In this document: one piece after another, positions 9,526 through 20,891 of the stretch
Layout of the letters: each line of letters begins with the position of its first letter
Numbering within the stretch: the stretch's first letter is position 1
Assembly (NCBI GenBank): GCA_050916045.1
Contig: CP051526.1
Coordinates: 1,184,001 to 1,248,000 of the forward strand
DNA length: 64,000 nt
Reading direction: 5' to 3'
DNA from: Tepidisphaera sp.
GTDB taxonomy: Bacteria; Planctomycetota; Phycisphaerae; Phycisphaerales; UBA1924
The notes under the pieces: model-generated
Told to the model about the DNA's origin: nothing
The model's database searches: none
The model's input: only the letters and a program-made list of their open reading frames with translations
Position numbers and translations under genes: made by a program

Positions 9526-10779
9526 ATGGCCCACCATCTGGAAATCCCCCTCAGCCGCCCCGATGTCGGTCCCCTCGAAGAAGAGCTTCTCCTCGAGGTC
9601 CTCCGGTCCAAGCGGCTCTCGATGGGGCCCTTCGTCGAGGAGTTCGAGCGGCTCGTCGCTTCCCGCGTCAAGCGGCAGCACGCCGTCGCGGTCAACAGCG
9701 GCACCTCGGCTCTTCACCTCGTCATGGAGGCTTTGGGTGTGGGCGAGGGGGATGAGGTCATCACGACCCCCTTCTCGTTCATCGCCTCCGCCAACGCGAT
9801 CCTCTTTGTCGGGGCCAAACCCGTCTTCGTCGACATCTGCCCCCGCACCATGAACATGGACCCCGCCAAGCTCGCGGCGGCGATCACGCCCAAAACCAAA
9901 GCCGTCATCGCGGTGGAAGCCTTCGGCAACCCCGCCCACATGGACGCGTACGAGTCGATCTGTCAGCGGCACGAGATCCCGATGATCGAGGACTGCTGCG
10001 AAGCCCTCGGGTCCGTGTACAAGGGCAGGCCGTGCGGGACCTTCGGCAGGGTCGGCGTCTTTGGGTTCTACCCCAACAAGCAGATCACCACCGGCGAAGG
10101 CGGCATGATCGTGACCGACGATCAGCGACTCGCCGAGCTCTGCCGGAGCATGCGGAACCAGGGCAGGCCGATGGGCTGGAGGCCCCCGCACTCGGTCGCG
10201 GCGAGCATCCCCGGTTCATCCGCCGAGCCGGGCGCGGCGGGGGCCGGAGCGGGGGGTGTGGGGGGCGTGGGGGGGACGGCGACGGGGTCGTGGCTTCGGC
10301 ACGAGCGGCTGGGGTTCAATTACAGGCTGGATGAGCTCTCGGCCGCGCTGGGCGTCGCGCAGATGCGGCGGTTTGACCAGATCATGAAGAAGCGGCACAC
10401 GGCGGCGGAGCTGTACTTCGCGCGGCTTTCGGCCCACAAGGATCTGATCCTGCCGACGATCGACCCCGAGACGGTGATGAGCTGGTTCGTCTTCGTCGTG
10501 CGGCTTGCGACCAACTACAGCCTCGAAGAACGCGACCGGATGATCGCGGGCCTGCGGCGGCACGACATCGGGGCCGCGGACTACTTCCCGTGCATCCACC
10601 TCCAGCCGTTCTATCAGGAGCGGTTCGGGTTCGAGCGCGGGATGTTCCCCATCGCGGAGAAGCTCAGCGAGCGGACCATCGCGGTGCCGTTTTACAACGA
10701 CATCACGCCCCGGGAAGCGGATCTCGTCGTGCAGACGCTGGATCTCATGCTCATGCGTGAGAACCTCAAGCGCACGTAA
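9526..10779 (+). CDS. DegT/DnrJ/EryC1/StrS PLP-dependent sugar aminotransferase
   Basis: NSGTSALH, EDCCEALG, FYPNKQITTGEGG (PLP lysine), GFNYRL motifs. Confidence 0.93.
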   Translation: MAHHLEIPLSRPDVGPLEEELLLEVLRSKRLSMGPFVEEFERLVASRVKRQHAVAVNSGTSALHLVMEALGVGEGDEVITTPFSFIASANAILFVGAKPVFVDICPRTMNMDPAKLAAAITPKTKAVIAVEAFGNPAHMDAYESICQRHEIPMIEDCCEALGSVYKGRPCGTFGRVGVFGFYPNKQITTGEGGMIVTDDQRLAELCRSMRNQGRPMGWRPPHSVAASIPGSSAEPGAAGAGAGGVGGVGGTATGSWLRHERLGFNYRLDELSAALGVAQMRRFDQIMKKRHTAAELYFARLSAHKDLILPTIDPETVMSWFVFVVRLATNYSLEERDRMIAGLRRHDIGAADYFPCIHLQPFYQERFGFERGMFPIAEKLSERTIAVPFYNDITPREADLVVQTLDLMLMRENLKRT

Positions 10780-10805
10780 AAACCCGGCGGCGGCCGCCGG
10801 GCTTT
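10780..10805. terminator. Hairpin terminator between convergent genes
   Basis: CCCGGCGG-CGG-CCGCCGGG stem-loop flanked by A and T runs. Confidence 0.55.
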
Positions 10806-10826
10806 CATGGGCCTTCGAACACGGGA

Positions 10827-10850
10827 CGGGGCGACACGCCCCGGCTCGCG
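10827..10850 (+). repeat. 24-bp REP-like palindromic element, copy 1
   Basis: CGGGGCGACACGCCCCGGCTCGCG; exact reverse complement at 55994-56017. Confidence 0.75.
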
Positions 10851-10859
10851 GGCGATGGT

Positions 10860-11681
10860 TTACTTGGGGTTGGCGAGCTTGGGCGTGGTCGCGGGCGCGA
10901 CCTTCGGGGCCGACGCGGGCGTCTGCTTGGCGTCCTTGGCCGGCGCGGCGGTCTCGGGCTTGGGCGTGTCCGACGGGGCGGGGGCGGGCTTGGCGCCCTT
11001 GTCGCGTTTGACGCGGGTGTAGCTGATCTCGAGGAGGAGCATCTCCTTGCCGTCGGCGGGGTTGGTCATGAACATCTCGAGCTTGGACGTGTTGTCGTCG
11101 ATGAAGGTCTCGACCTCGCGCATGGTCTCTTTGGTGCCGCCGGGGCCGGTCATCTCGACGGTCCACGTGAGGGTCTTCTTGTCGGCGGAAAGCTCGCCCG
11201 TGCCGGTCGCGATGCCGGTGCTCATGGAGTCGACCCAGGAGGAGACGAACTTCTTGGTGCCGGTGTCATAGCCGTAGAGGCCCATGCCCTGGAAGGGCTT
11301 GCCCATCATCTTGCCGGAGTACTGGACCTGGGTGTAGCGGCCGTCGAAGAGGCTTCGGACGACGCACTTGCCGGTGGATTCTTCGACTTCGCCGGTCATG
11401 TAGGATTTGGTCTTGGTCTCCCATTCGCCGACGGCTTTGGTGAGGATCTTGTGCATCTCGCCGGGGCCCTCGTCGGCGGGCATCTCGGGGGCGACGAGCT
11501 CGGCGGGGTTCTTCTTGTCGGCGGGCTGGGTGGCGGTCTGGGGGGCGGCTTTGGGGGCGGTCTGGGGCAGGGCGGATTTGGGGGCTTCTTTCTTCTCGGC
11601 GGGTGCGGTCTGAGCAAGACCGGCGGAAGCGAAGAGCGAGAGGGAGAGCGACAGGGTGGCGATCAGGCTTGACGACTTCAT
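10860..11681 (-). CDS. Secreted DUF1579-like protein
   Basis: Signal peptide; PGEMHKIL, FQGMGLYGYD, SSWVDSMSTG; Pro/Ala/Lys-rich flanks. Confidence 0.8.
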   Translation of the reverse strand: MKSSSLIATLSLSLSLFASAGLAQTAPAEKKEAPKSALPQTAPKAAPQTATQPADKKNPAELVAPEMPADEGPGEMHKILTKAVGEWETKTKSYMTGEVEESTGKCVVRSLFDGRYTQVQYSGKMMGKPFQGMGLYGYDTGTKKFVSSWVDSMSTGIATGTGELSADKKTLTWTVEMTGPGGTKETMREVETFIDDNTSKLEMFMTNPADGKEMLLLEISYTRVKRDKGAKPAPAPSDTPKPETAAPAKDAKQTPASAPKVAPATTPKLANPK

Positions 11682-12036
11682 GGCAGGCTCCGTGACGGTC
11701 GGGGGCAGGGCCCGACGTGGACCGGGTCGCCCGTCGCTCCACATGGGGACGGGGCGAATCCGATAGGACTATGTTCGGATTGTATGGGCTCGGGGACCCT
11801 TGGAGTGAATCTGGGACGTTTCAGGGGTCGGCCTCCGGGTTCAGATCACGGAAAACCCGGGGTCCTTTGCGGCGGATGTCAGGCTGGGAGGGCGTGGGAC
11901 GACGAAAGTGGGCGATTTCGAACCTACCATCCTGCTCGGGGTCGTTGGGGGCCCCTTGAACCATGGCTTGGCCCGGCCGCGCACGCGGCTTGGGGTTGCC
12001 GTTTCCGACCCGCCCGGGGGGTCCTTGAGGTTTGCA

Positions 12037-13929
<1,893 letters not shown>

Positions 13930-13991
13930 GCCTGACCGGCGGCCGGACATCCCGCATTTTCCGCTGATCCCGCATACCATCGCTCCAACCG

Positions 13992-14822
13992 ATGGCGAGA
14001 CTGCGCGATTATCTCTGGGCCGCGTTCAAAGCACGACCTCTGGGCGTGCCGATCCCGCCCAATTTCGTCGGTCTGGCCGCTGTCGGCCTGCTTGGCCTGC
14101 TGAATCCCGGATTCTGGATCATCGGCGCGGGACTTGAAGCCGGGTATCTCCTCGCGTGCATCTCAAGCAAGCGGTTCCGCGATCTGGTCGACGCTCAGAT
14201 GCGCCTCCGCGGCGGGAAAGACGCCGAGGGCCGGGTCCAGTCGGTGCTGGCACGCCTCGGGTCGGACGAGCGTCAGCGGTTCGCGGCCCTCGACGCCCGG
14301 TGCCGCAAGATCCTTTCGGAGATCCGTTCGTCATCGAGCGCGGCGGCGTCTGCTCAAGCGGACAGCCTCGCGGCGTTTCGATGGGCGTACCTCCAGCTTC
14401 TGGTCATGCGGCGGTCGCTCCGCAAGATGTTCGAGGACGCCGGCGAAGCCGAGAACGGCATGGTGAGCATTCTCGACCGGGTCGAGGACCTCACGCGGCG
14501 GCTTCGCACCGAGCACCTGCCGGATGAACTCCGCGAGAGCCTGGAATCGCAGCGCGATGTGCTTCAGAAGCGGCTTGCTCGCCACACCGAGGGGCACGAC
14601 CGGCTGGACCACATCGAGTCCGAGCTTGCCCGCATCGAGAACCACGTCGAACTGGTGCGAGAAGAGGTGATGGTGGGCGAGCGGCCGGAGCGGGCGGCCG
14701 AGCGGGTGAATCAGGCGGCGCAGTCGCTTGAGGGGACGACGACCTGGATCCGCGAGCAGGCGAGCTTGAACGACACGGTCGCGGGGCTTCTGGCGGAAGA
14801 GCCGCCGATGATCCCCCAATAG
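13992..14822 (+). CDS. Hypothetical protein, N-terminal hydrophobic hairpin plus coiled coil
   Basis: Hydrophobic segment near residues 20-57, long E/R/L-rich helical remainder; TACCAT hexamer upstream. Confidence 0.75.
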   Translation: MARLRDYLWAAFKARPLGVPIPPNFVGLAAVGLLGLLNPGFWIIGAGLEAGYLLACISSKRFRDLVDAQMRLRGGKDAEGRVQSVLARLGSDERQRFAALDARCRKILSEIRSSSSAAASAQADSLAAFRWAYLQLLVMRRSLRKMFEDAGEAENGMVSILDRVEDLTRRLRTEHLPDELRESLESQRDVLQKRLARHTEGHDRLDHIESELARIENHVELVREEVMVGERPERAAERVNQAAQSLEGTTTWIREQASLNDTVAGLLAEEPPMIPQ

Positions 14823-14883
14823 CATTCACGCGTCTCTCGCCGCGGTGGGGGAGACGAGCACAGACTCAAAGGGGAACGAAACA

Positions 14884-16587
14884 ATGCAAGAGAATCAGTC
14901 CAAACTGACGCCGCTTGGGGTCATGGTCTCGCTGCTCATGATCGTCGGGCTGATCGGCGTGGGGGCGTACGTCTTCACGGCACGCTTGTCTGGCCCGCCG
15001 ATCAACGCCCCGGGCGGCAACGGCGGGCAATCGCCCGGCGGCGACGCAGCAGGGGCCGGGTCGCTCAAGGACCTCAAGCTCATCACGCCCGAACCGGTCG
15101 TGGCGCTCGCTCCGCAAGCGACCTATCAGCCCAAGGACAACACGATCGACGTCGAGCTTTCCGAGTACGCCGGGTACGCGGGCATCATCGTCGCCAACGG
15201 CGGCCTTGAGCCCAACCCGGACTCGGTGTTCACCAAGAAGCACGGGTTCAAGGTGCGGATCAAGCTCTCGGAGGATGAGGGCTGGAACCGGCTGAATTCC
15301 GGCCAGATCGGCGTGACGGCCACGACCGCGGACGTCCTCGCGGTCTTTGGGCGGCAGTTCGGAGCGGTCGTGCCGATGCAGATCGGGTTCTCCCGCGGCG
15401 CCACCGGCATCGTCGTCCCCGCGAGCATCAAGCGGATCAACGACCTCAAGGGCAAGGTCGTCGTCACGACGCAGTACACCGAAGCCGATTTCTTCCTCCG
15501 ATTCCTCGCCCAGGAAGCCGGGGCTCAGGTCGCGATGCTCGAGGATCTGGATGCCGCGCCGAACGCGGAAGCGATCAACCTCGTCTTTGCGGAGGACGGC
15601 GATCAGGCGGCCGAGGTCTTCGCCGAGGATCTCAAGTCCGCCAATCCCCGGCTTGCCGGCTGCGTCACGTGGGATCCGGCGACGACCGATCTGGTGCAGG
15701 GCTCGGAGGGGAAAGCCAGGCTTCTGGTCACCAACCGCAACCTCCTCGTCATCGCGGACCTGCTGGTTGTCAATCGCGGCTTTGCGGAGCAGAACTCCAA
15801 GATTCTGGCGGGCCTGGTGGATGGGGCTCTTGAGGGCAATCGAATGATGCGGGAGAACCCGCAGCAGCACACGGCGGTGGTGGGGAAGGCCTTCGGCTGG
15901 GACGCCGCTCGCACGACACGAGAGATGGGCAAGGTGCACCTGTCGAACCTGCCGGAAAACCTCGCGTTCTTCTCGGGCGCGATCGACATGGCGGGTTCCT
16001 TCGGCGGGATCTACCAGAGCTCGGTGCTCGCGTACGGCACGGGCATCATCAAGAACCCGGTGGATGGCGAGCGGTTCCTGTCGCCGGAGCCGTTGAAGGC
16101 CCTGGAGGCGTCGGGCCTCTATAAGGATGAGAAGATCGTGATCGCGCCGATCAAAGCCGATCCGACCGGAAGCAAGACGGCGGGGCTCGAAACCGACCCG
16201 CTGCTTTCCAAGGACATCCGGTTCCTGTTTGAGCCCAACTCCTCGACGCTCGACATGGCGGCGAAAGCCAATCTCGACAACCTGGATTCGATCCGCAAGC
16301 TGCTTCAGGTGTCGCCGGGATCGTTCGTGGTGCTCCGCGGACACGTCGACAACACCAAGATGGAGGAGTATCGGGCCGCGGGGGGTGAGGGGCTGGTGCG
16401 GAAGAAAGCACTCGAAGCGATGGAGCTCTCCAAGAACCGCGCGGCCGAGGTCCGCAAGGTGCTGATGGAGAAGTACCAGATCGACCCCAAGCGGATCGAG
16501 ACGATCGGCCGCGGCTGGGAAGAGCCCGCCGGGACCGACATGAACAAGAACCGTCGCGTCGAGGTGTACTGGTTCACGCTCGAATAG
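14884..16587 (+). CDS. NMT1/SsuA-like substrate-binding domain fused to C-terminal OmpA-like peptidoglycan-binding domain
   Basis: TM anchor; SRGATGIV, INDLKGK, TWDP; C-terminal FEPNS, GHVD, LSKNRAAEV, GRGWEEP, NRRVEV. Confidence 0.85.
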   Translation: MQENQSKLTPLGVMVSLLMIVGLIGVGAYVFTARLSGPPINAPGGNGGQSPGGDAAGAGSLKDLKLITPEPVVALAPQATYQPKDNTIDVELSEYAGYAGIIVANGGLEPNPDSVFTKKHGFKVRIKLSEDEGWNRLNSGQIGVTATTADVLAVFGRQFGAVVPMQIGFSRGATGIVVPASIKRINDLKGKVVVTTQYTEADFFLRFLAQEAGAQVAMLEDLDAAPNAEAINLVFAEDGDQAAEVFAEDLKSANPRLAGCVTWDPATTDLVQGSEGKARLLVTNRNLLVIADLLVVNRGFAEQNSKILAGLVDGALEGNRMMRENPQQHTAVVGKAFGWDAARTTREMGKVHLSNLPENLAFFSGAIDMAGSFGGIYQSSVLAYGTGIIKNPVDGERFLSPEPLKALEASGLYKDEKIVIAPIKADPTGSKTAGLETDPLLSKDIRFLFEPNSSTLDMAAKANLDNLDSIRKLLQVSPGSFVVLRGHVDNTKMEEYRAAGGEGLVRKKALEAMELSKNRAAEVRKVLMEKYQIDPKRIETIGRGWEEPAGTDMNKNRRVEVYWFTLE

Positions 16588-16621
16588 AGACAGCCGCGAG
16601 GAAGCAAGCCAAGAACCAAGA

Positions 16622-16648
16622 AAAAACCCCGCGTGAAGCGGGGTTTTT
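16622..16648. terminator. Bidirectional intrinsic terminator
   Basis: AAAAACCCCGC-GTGAA-GCGGGGTTTTT between convergent genes. Confidence 0.85.
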
Positions 16649-16672
16649 CGTAGGGTGCGATGATGAGGAAGT

Positions 16673-17443
16673 TCAGGCCGTCCGGAGGCGGCCGCCGCCG
16701 CTTCGGGTCTGGTCCATATACCGCTGGAGGTTGGGGCCGGGGCAGGCGCTCTTGCCGAGCTCGCGGTGGGTGTAGACGCGGCCGACGGGGATGTTGTAGC
16801 GCTTCATCTGCTGGCTGAGGAAGCTGTCGAGGGAGTTGAGCTGGGAGGTGGAGGGCCGCTGGCGGGTGAAGTCGCCCAGGAGCATGATGCCCAGGTTGTG
16901 CTCGTTGCGGTCGGCGACGTGGGCGCCCTGCCACTTGGTCGAACGGCCTTCCCACACGCGGCCCTGAGGGTCGATGACGTAGTGGTAGCCGATGTCGGCG
17001 AACGGTTCGGGGCGGCGGTTGACGTGGTCGTTGCGGATGCTCGCCAAGCGACGTTTGACGTCGTCGGCGGTGCGGAGGTCGGAGCTGTCGATGGCGGCGT
17101 GGTGGACGGTCATCCGGTTGACGCCGTTCATCGGGTTGCAGCGCGAGGTGATGACCGCGGAGGTCGTCCACGCGGAACGCGGGATGACGCCGGTCACGAC
17201 CGTGCCCGGGTCGGGAGCCGGAGAAGGGGACTGCTGAGGGGGGAGCGGGGAGATCGCGATGGAGGAACGCGAGGGCTTGGCGAGCCCTTCGTCGAAGCGC
17301 GGGCCGAGGGCCGTGCCGCCACCGCCGCCGGCGCAGCCGCCAAGGCCGCTGAGGGCCGCGCCGACACCGCCCAGCAGACCAAGCTGCAGCATCGTGCGAC
17401 GGTCGACTTCGAAGGACGCGACTTCCAAGGTACGGCTCTTCAT
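16673..17443 (-). CDS. N-acetylmuramoyl-L-alanine amidase (Amidase_2/PGRP-like), Tat-lipoprotein signal
   Basis: DRRTMLQ twin-arginine, LGGC lipobox, TVHH, DIGYHY, WEGR, GAHV, THRE and SACPG zinc-amidase motifs. Confidence 0.88.
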   Translation of the reverse strand: MKSRTLEVASFEVDRRTMLQLGLLGGVGAALSGLGGCAGGGGGTALGPRFDEGLAKPSRSSIAISPLPPQQSPSPAPDPGTVVTGVIPRSAWTTSAVITSRCNPMNGVNRMTVHHAAIDSSDLRTADDVKRRLASIRNDHVNRRPEPFADIGYHYVIDPQGRVWEGRSTKWQGAHVADRNEHNLGIMLLGDFTRQRPSTSQLNSLDSFLSQQMKRYNIPVGRVYTHRELGKSACPGPNLQRYMDQTRSGGGRLRTA

Positions 17444-17667
17444 GAGGCGAGATCCTACACCCGTCGGACAGCGGCACGCTCGATGCGCAAGGTCACCCCG
17501 GGGACCTTCCTTATCGTCCGTCCAGGGTCGTGTTCTGCACAGATGCGGGCGGAACCGCGGGAGTGGCGTTCCCCTCGGCCGGTGGGGGTCGGAACGCCGC
17601 TCGCAGGAGGGCGTTCGGGGTGGCGGGAGGCCTTTCGAGCCGGCAAGACCGGCGTCGGGTTCGAGGA

Positions 17668-19071
17668 TCAGTCCAGTTCGATGACGTCCCCCCACTTTGG
17701 CAGCTTGGCTTGGGTGCTGAACCGGTCCTGGATACTCTTGGCGAGGGCCTGGCGGGGGGTGGTTTCGCCGTGCGTCAGGATGAAGCGGGGCTGGGCGTTT
17801 CCGGCGGGCTTGATCGCGTCCGCCCAGTCGAGGAGTTCGGACCGTCCGCCGTGGGCGGAGAAGCCGTTGAGGGTGTGGACTTTGGCCCGGACGACGACGG
17901 TCGTCCCCATGATCCGGACGGCGTCGGCCCCCTCGACCAGGCGACGGCCGATGGTGTTGGCGGCTTGGAACCCGACGATGAGGATGTGGACGCCCTTCCG
18001 CCAGAGGTTGTGCTTGAGGTGGTGCAGGATGCGGCCGCCGGTGCACATGCCGCTTGGGGCGATGATGACGCCGGCCCCGAAGCTGCCGTTGAGGCGGCGG
18101 CTTTCGTCGGCGCTTTCGATGATCTCAAGGCCTTCGAGGTCGAAGATCCCGTGTCCGGGTCGAGTGGCGGAGGTGGCTTCCTGATCGTAAAGCTCTTGGT
18201 GCTGGCGGTAGACCTGGAACGCCTTGGCGGCCATGGGGCTGTCGACGTAGACGGGAAAGACGGGGACGCGCTCGGTGTGGCGCATTTTGTGGAGGTGGTA
18301 GATGAGCTGTTGGCAGCGGCCGACGGCGAACGCGGGGACGATGACCTTTTCCTTGTCCCAGATGGCTTCCTTGACGAGGCTTGTGAACTGGTCGACCGTC
18401 TCGTCCATGGAGCGGTGGTCGCGGTCGCCGTAGGTGGACTCCATGACGATGTGGTCGGCGCGGGGCGGAGCCTGCGGATCGCGGAGGATCGCCGAGCCCT
18501 TGTGGCCGATGTCGCCGGACATGACGAGCACGGTCGTCTTGCCCTTCTCGGTGACCGTGATCTCAATCGACGCCGAGCCGAGCATGTGGCCGGCGTCGAA
18601 CCAGCGGGCGCGGACGCCCGGAGCGACCTCGACCGAGTTGCCGTACTTCACCGGCTTGAAGAATGTGAGCACGCGCTCGGCGTCCTCGACGGTGTAGAGC
18701 GGTGAGATCGCGGGACGGCCTTCCTGCGCGAGGCGGCGGTTGATACGCTCCGCGTCGCTGACCTGAAGCCGGGCCGAATCGCGGAGCATGATCCCCGCGA
18801 GGTCGCACGTCGCTTCCGTCGCGTAGATCGGGCCGCCGAATCCCATGCCCGGGAGGAGCGGCATGCGGCCGACGTGGTCGATGTGGGCGTGCGTGAGGAG
18901 CACACAATTGAGGCTTGATCCCGGGAAGGGGAGCGGGCGGAAATTGCGCTGGTACTCCTCGCGGCCGCCCTGGTGCATGCCGAAGTCGATCAGCACGCGG
19001 GCGCGGTCGGTTTGGAGCAGGTAGCAGGATCCGGTAACTTCTCCCGCGGCTCCGTAAAAGGTCAGATTCAT
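17668..19071 (-). CDS. MBL-fold beta-CASP family ribonuclease
   Basis: GAAGEVTGS, THAHIDH, AGHMLGS, MESTYGDR, FAVGR, FSAH, HGE. Confidence 0.92.
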   Translation of the reverse strand: MNLTFYGAAGEVTGSCYLLQTDRARVLIDFGMHQGGREEYQRNFRPLPFPGSSLNCVLLTHAHIDHVGRMPLLPGMGFGGPIYATEATCDLAGIMLRDSARLQVSDAERINRRLAQEGRPAISPLYTVEDAERVLTFFKPVKYGNSVEVAPGVRARWFDAGHMLGSASIEITVTEKGKTTVLVMSGDIGHKGSAILRDPQAPPRADHIVMESTYGDRDHRSMDETVDQFTSLVKEAIWDKEKVIVPAFAVGRCQQLIYHLHKMRHTERVPVFPVYVDSPMAAKAFQVYRQHQELYDQEATSATRPGHGIFDLEGLEIIESADESRRLNGSFGAGVIIAPSGMCTGGRILHHLKHNLWRKGVHILIVGFQAANTIGRRLVEGADAVRIMGTTVVVRAKVHTLNGFSAHGGRSELLDWADAIKPAGNAQPRFILTHGETTPRQALAKSIQDRFSTQAKLPKWGDVIELD

Positions 19072-19147
19072 GGCCGCAGTGTAATCACAACGCCCGCGAA
19101 CCGTGAGCGGGCTCGACGCGGGCGTCAGAATCCGATAGACTCCGCCC

Positions 19148-19624
19148 ATGAACGCCGCCGGCCATCCAAGTTCGCGCCAAGACGGACGCGCTGCGCCGGC
19201 GCATGTCGCGGGTGTCGTGCTGGGGCCGGGGATCGCGGTGCCGCAGGATCGCCTTGAGTTCACCTTCGTGTCGAGCTCGGGGCCCGGCGGGCAGAACGTC
19301 AACAAGCGTGCGACCAAGTGCCAGCTTCGCGTGCGCGTGGCTGATCTGGGCCTTTCCCACGAGCAGACCGAGCGTCTGACCGCGATGGCGGGGTCGCTGA
19401 TCACGACCGAAAGCGAGCTGATTCTCTCGTGCGACGCGTTCCGTTCTCAGGAGCGGAACAAGTCCGAGGTGGTGGAGAAACTTCGCGAGATCGTGCTTCG
19501 TGCGCTCGTTCGGCCCAAGCGTCGCGTTGCGACCAAGCCGTCACGCGGGGCTCGCGAGCGCCGGCTGACCGAGAAGAAGGTCACGGGCGAGCGCAAGCGT
19601 CTCCGTCGCGATTCGGGCGAATAA
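19148..19624 (+). CDS. arfB: Alternative ribosome rescue peptidyl-tRNA hydrolase
   Basis: SSGPGGQNVNK, RSQERN, basic tail RVATKPSRGARERRL. Confidence 0.93.
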   Translation: MNAAGHPSSRQDGRAAPAHVAGVVLGPGIAVPQDRLEFTFVSSSGPGGQNVNKRATKCQLRVRVADLGLSHEQTERLTAMAGSLITTESELILSCDAFRSQERNKSEVVEKLREIVLRALVRPKRRVATKPSRGARERRLTEKKVTGERKRLRRDSGE

Positions 19625-19732
19625 CCGCTTCGGGGATATCACCGGGTCCGTGAATCCGCGGGCTTGGCGCGATCGGCGCGAAACTCGCGGGGATTGTCGA
19701 CCGCACGCGGCGATCGGGCCGATACCCCTGAT

Positions 19733-20005
19733 ATGAGCGTTTTCGGGACCAATCCCGTTCACGGTCTCGCGGCTTCGGGGGCGGTGCATCAGCAAGCCGC
19801 CAAGGACGCCGAGAAGAAGTCACCCGCGGGTGGGGACACGCCACGAACCGTCAACCGGCTTGACGACAGCGTCGAGTTCGAAGACGCCACCAAGCACGCG
19901 ACGTCGGACGATGGAGGCAAGCGGCGCAGGCAGCACCACGAACAGCAGCGGGAACAGCAAGCCAAGAAAAAGCCCGGCGAAACCGGGCTTGATGTGCAGG
20001 GCTGA
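19733..20005 (+). CDS. Small hydrophilic hypothetical protein
   Basis: ORF with host-like codon usage filling the arfB-fabI gap; ends LDVQG; GCCGATAC just upstream. Confidence 0.55.
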   Translation: MSVFGTNPVHGLAASGAVHQQAAKDAEKKSPAGGDTPRTVNRLDDSVEFEDATKHATSDDGGKRRRQHHEQQREQQAKKKPGETGLDVQG

Positions 20006-20040
20006 GGTTGCGTGAGTGCCGGCCGGCACCGGTCGGCCAA

Positions 20041-20823
20041 TCAGGCGCCGATGAGGTTCACGCCGCAGTCGACGTAGATCGTCTCGCCGGTGACGCCCGA
20101 GGAAAGGTCGCTGAGCAGGTAGACGGCGGTCTTGCCGACATCCGAGCCCTCGACGTTGCGGCGGAGGGGGGCGCGTTCCATGTTCCGCTGGGCCATCGTG
20201 TCGGTGCCCTGGACGGCGGAGGAGGCAAGCGTGCGGAGGTAGCCACCGCTGACGGCGTTGACGCGGATCTTGTCGCCGCCGAGTTCGGCCGCGAGGTAAC
20301 GCGTCGAAGCTTCTAGAGCGGCTTTGGCGACGCCCATGACGTTGTAGCCGGGGACGACCTTTTCAGCCCCGTAGTAGCTCATGCAGATGATGGAGCCGCC
20401 ATCGGTCATCATCGGGCGGGCCCGCTTGGCCATCGCGACGAGGGTGTACGCGGAGATGTCGATCGCGGAGAGGTAGGCCGCGCGGGGGGTTTCCACGAAC
20501 TTGCCGTGCTGGAGCCATTCGGTCTCGGCGAAAGCGATGGAGTGGACGAGGAAGTCCATCTTGCCGCCGAAAGCCTTTCCGTAGGTCGCGAACGCTTCGT
20601 CCATCTCGGCGTCGCTGCCGGCGTTGAGGGGGATCATGATGGGGTCGGCGATGCCGAGGGCGTCAACGGCCCGGCGGGTGCGACGCTCGTTCTTTTCGCC
20701 GGGGAGGTGGGTGAACGCCATCCGGGCCCCCTCTTTCTTCAGGGCTTCCGCGATGAAGTAGGCGTAAGAGCGATCGTTGGCGATCCCGACGATGAGCCCG
20801 ACCTTGCCGTCCATGAGACCCAT
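20041..20823 (-). CDS. fabi: Enoyl-ACP reductase
   Basis: GIANDRS, LVHSIAFA, ISAYTL, YYGAEKVVPGYNVMGVAKAALE; AGGAG RBS. Confidence 0.93.
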   Translation of the reverse strand: MGLMDGKVGLIVGIANDRSYAYFIAEALKKEGARMAFTHLPGEKNERRTRRAVDALGIADPIMIPLNAGSDAEMDEAFATYGKAFGGKMDFLVHSIAFAETEWLQHGKFVETPRAAYLSAIDISAYTLVAMAKRARPMMTDGGSIICMSYYGAEKVVPGYNVMGVAKAALEASTRYLAAELGGDKIRVNAVSGGYLRTLASSAVQGTDTMAQRNMERAPLRRNVEGSDVGKTAVYLLSDLSSGVTGETIYVDCGVNLIGA

Positions 20824-20891
20824 ACAGACTCCTTTGGCGATGATAGGGAGGCGAGGTGCGGCTCCCCGAAGCACTGTACACTGCCGGATCT

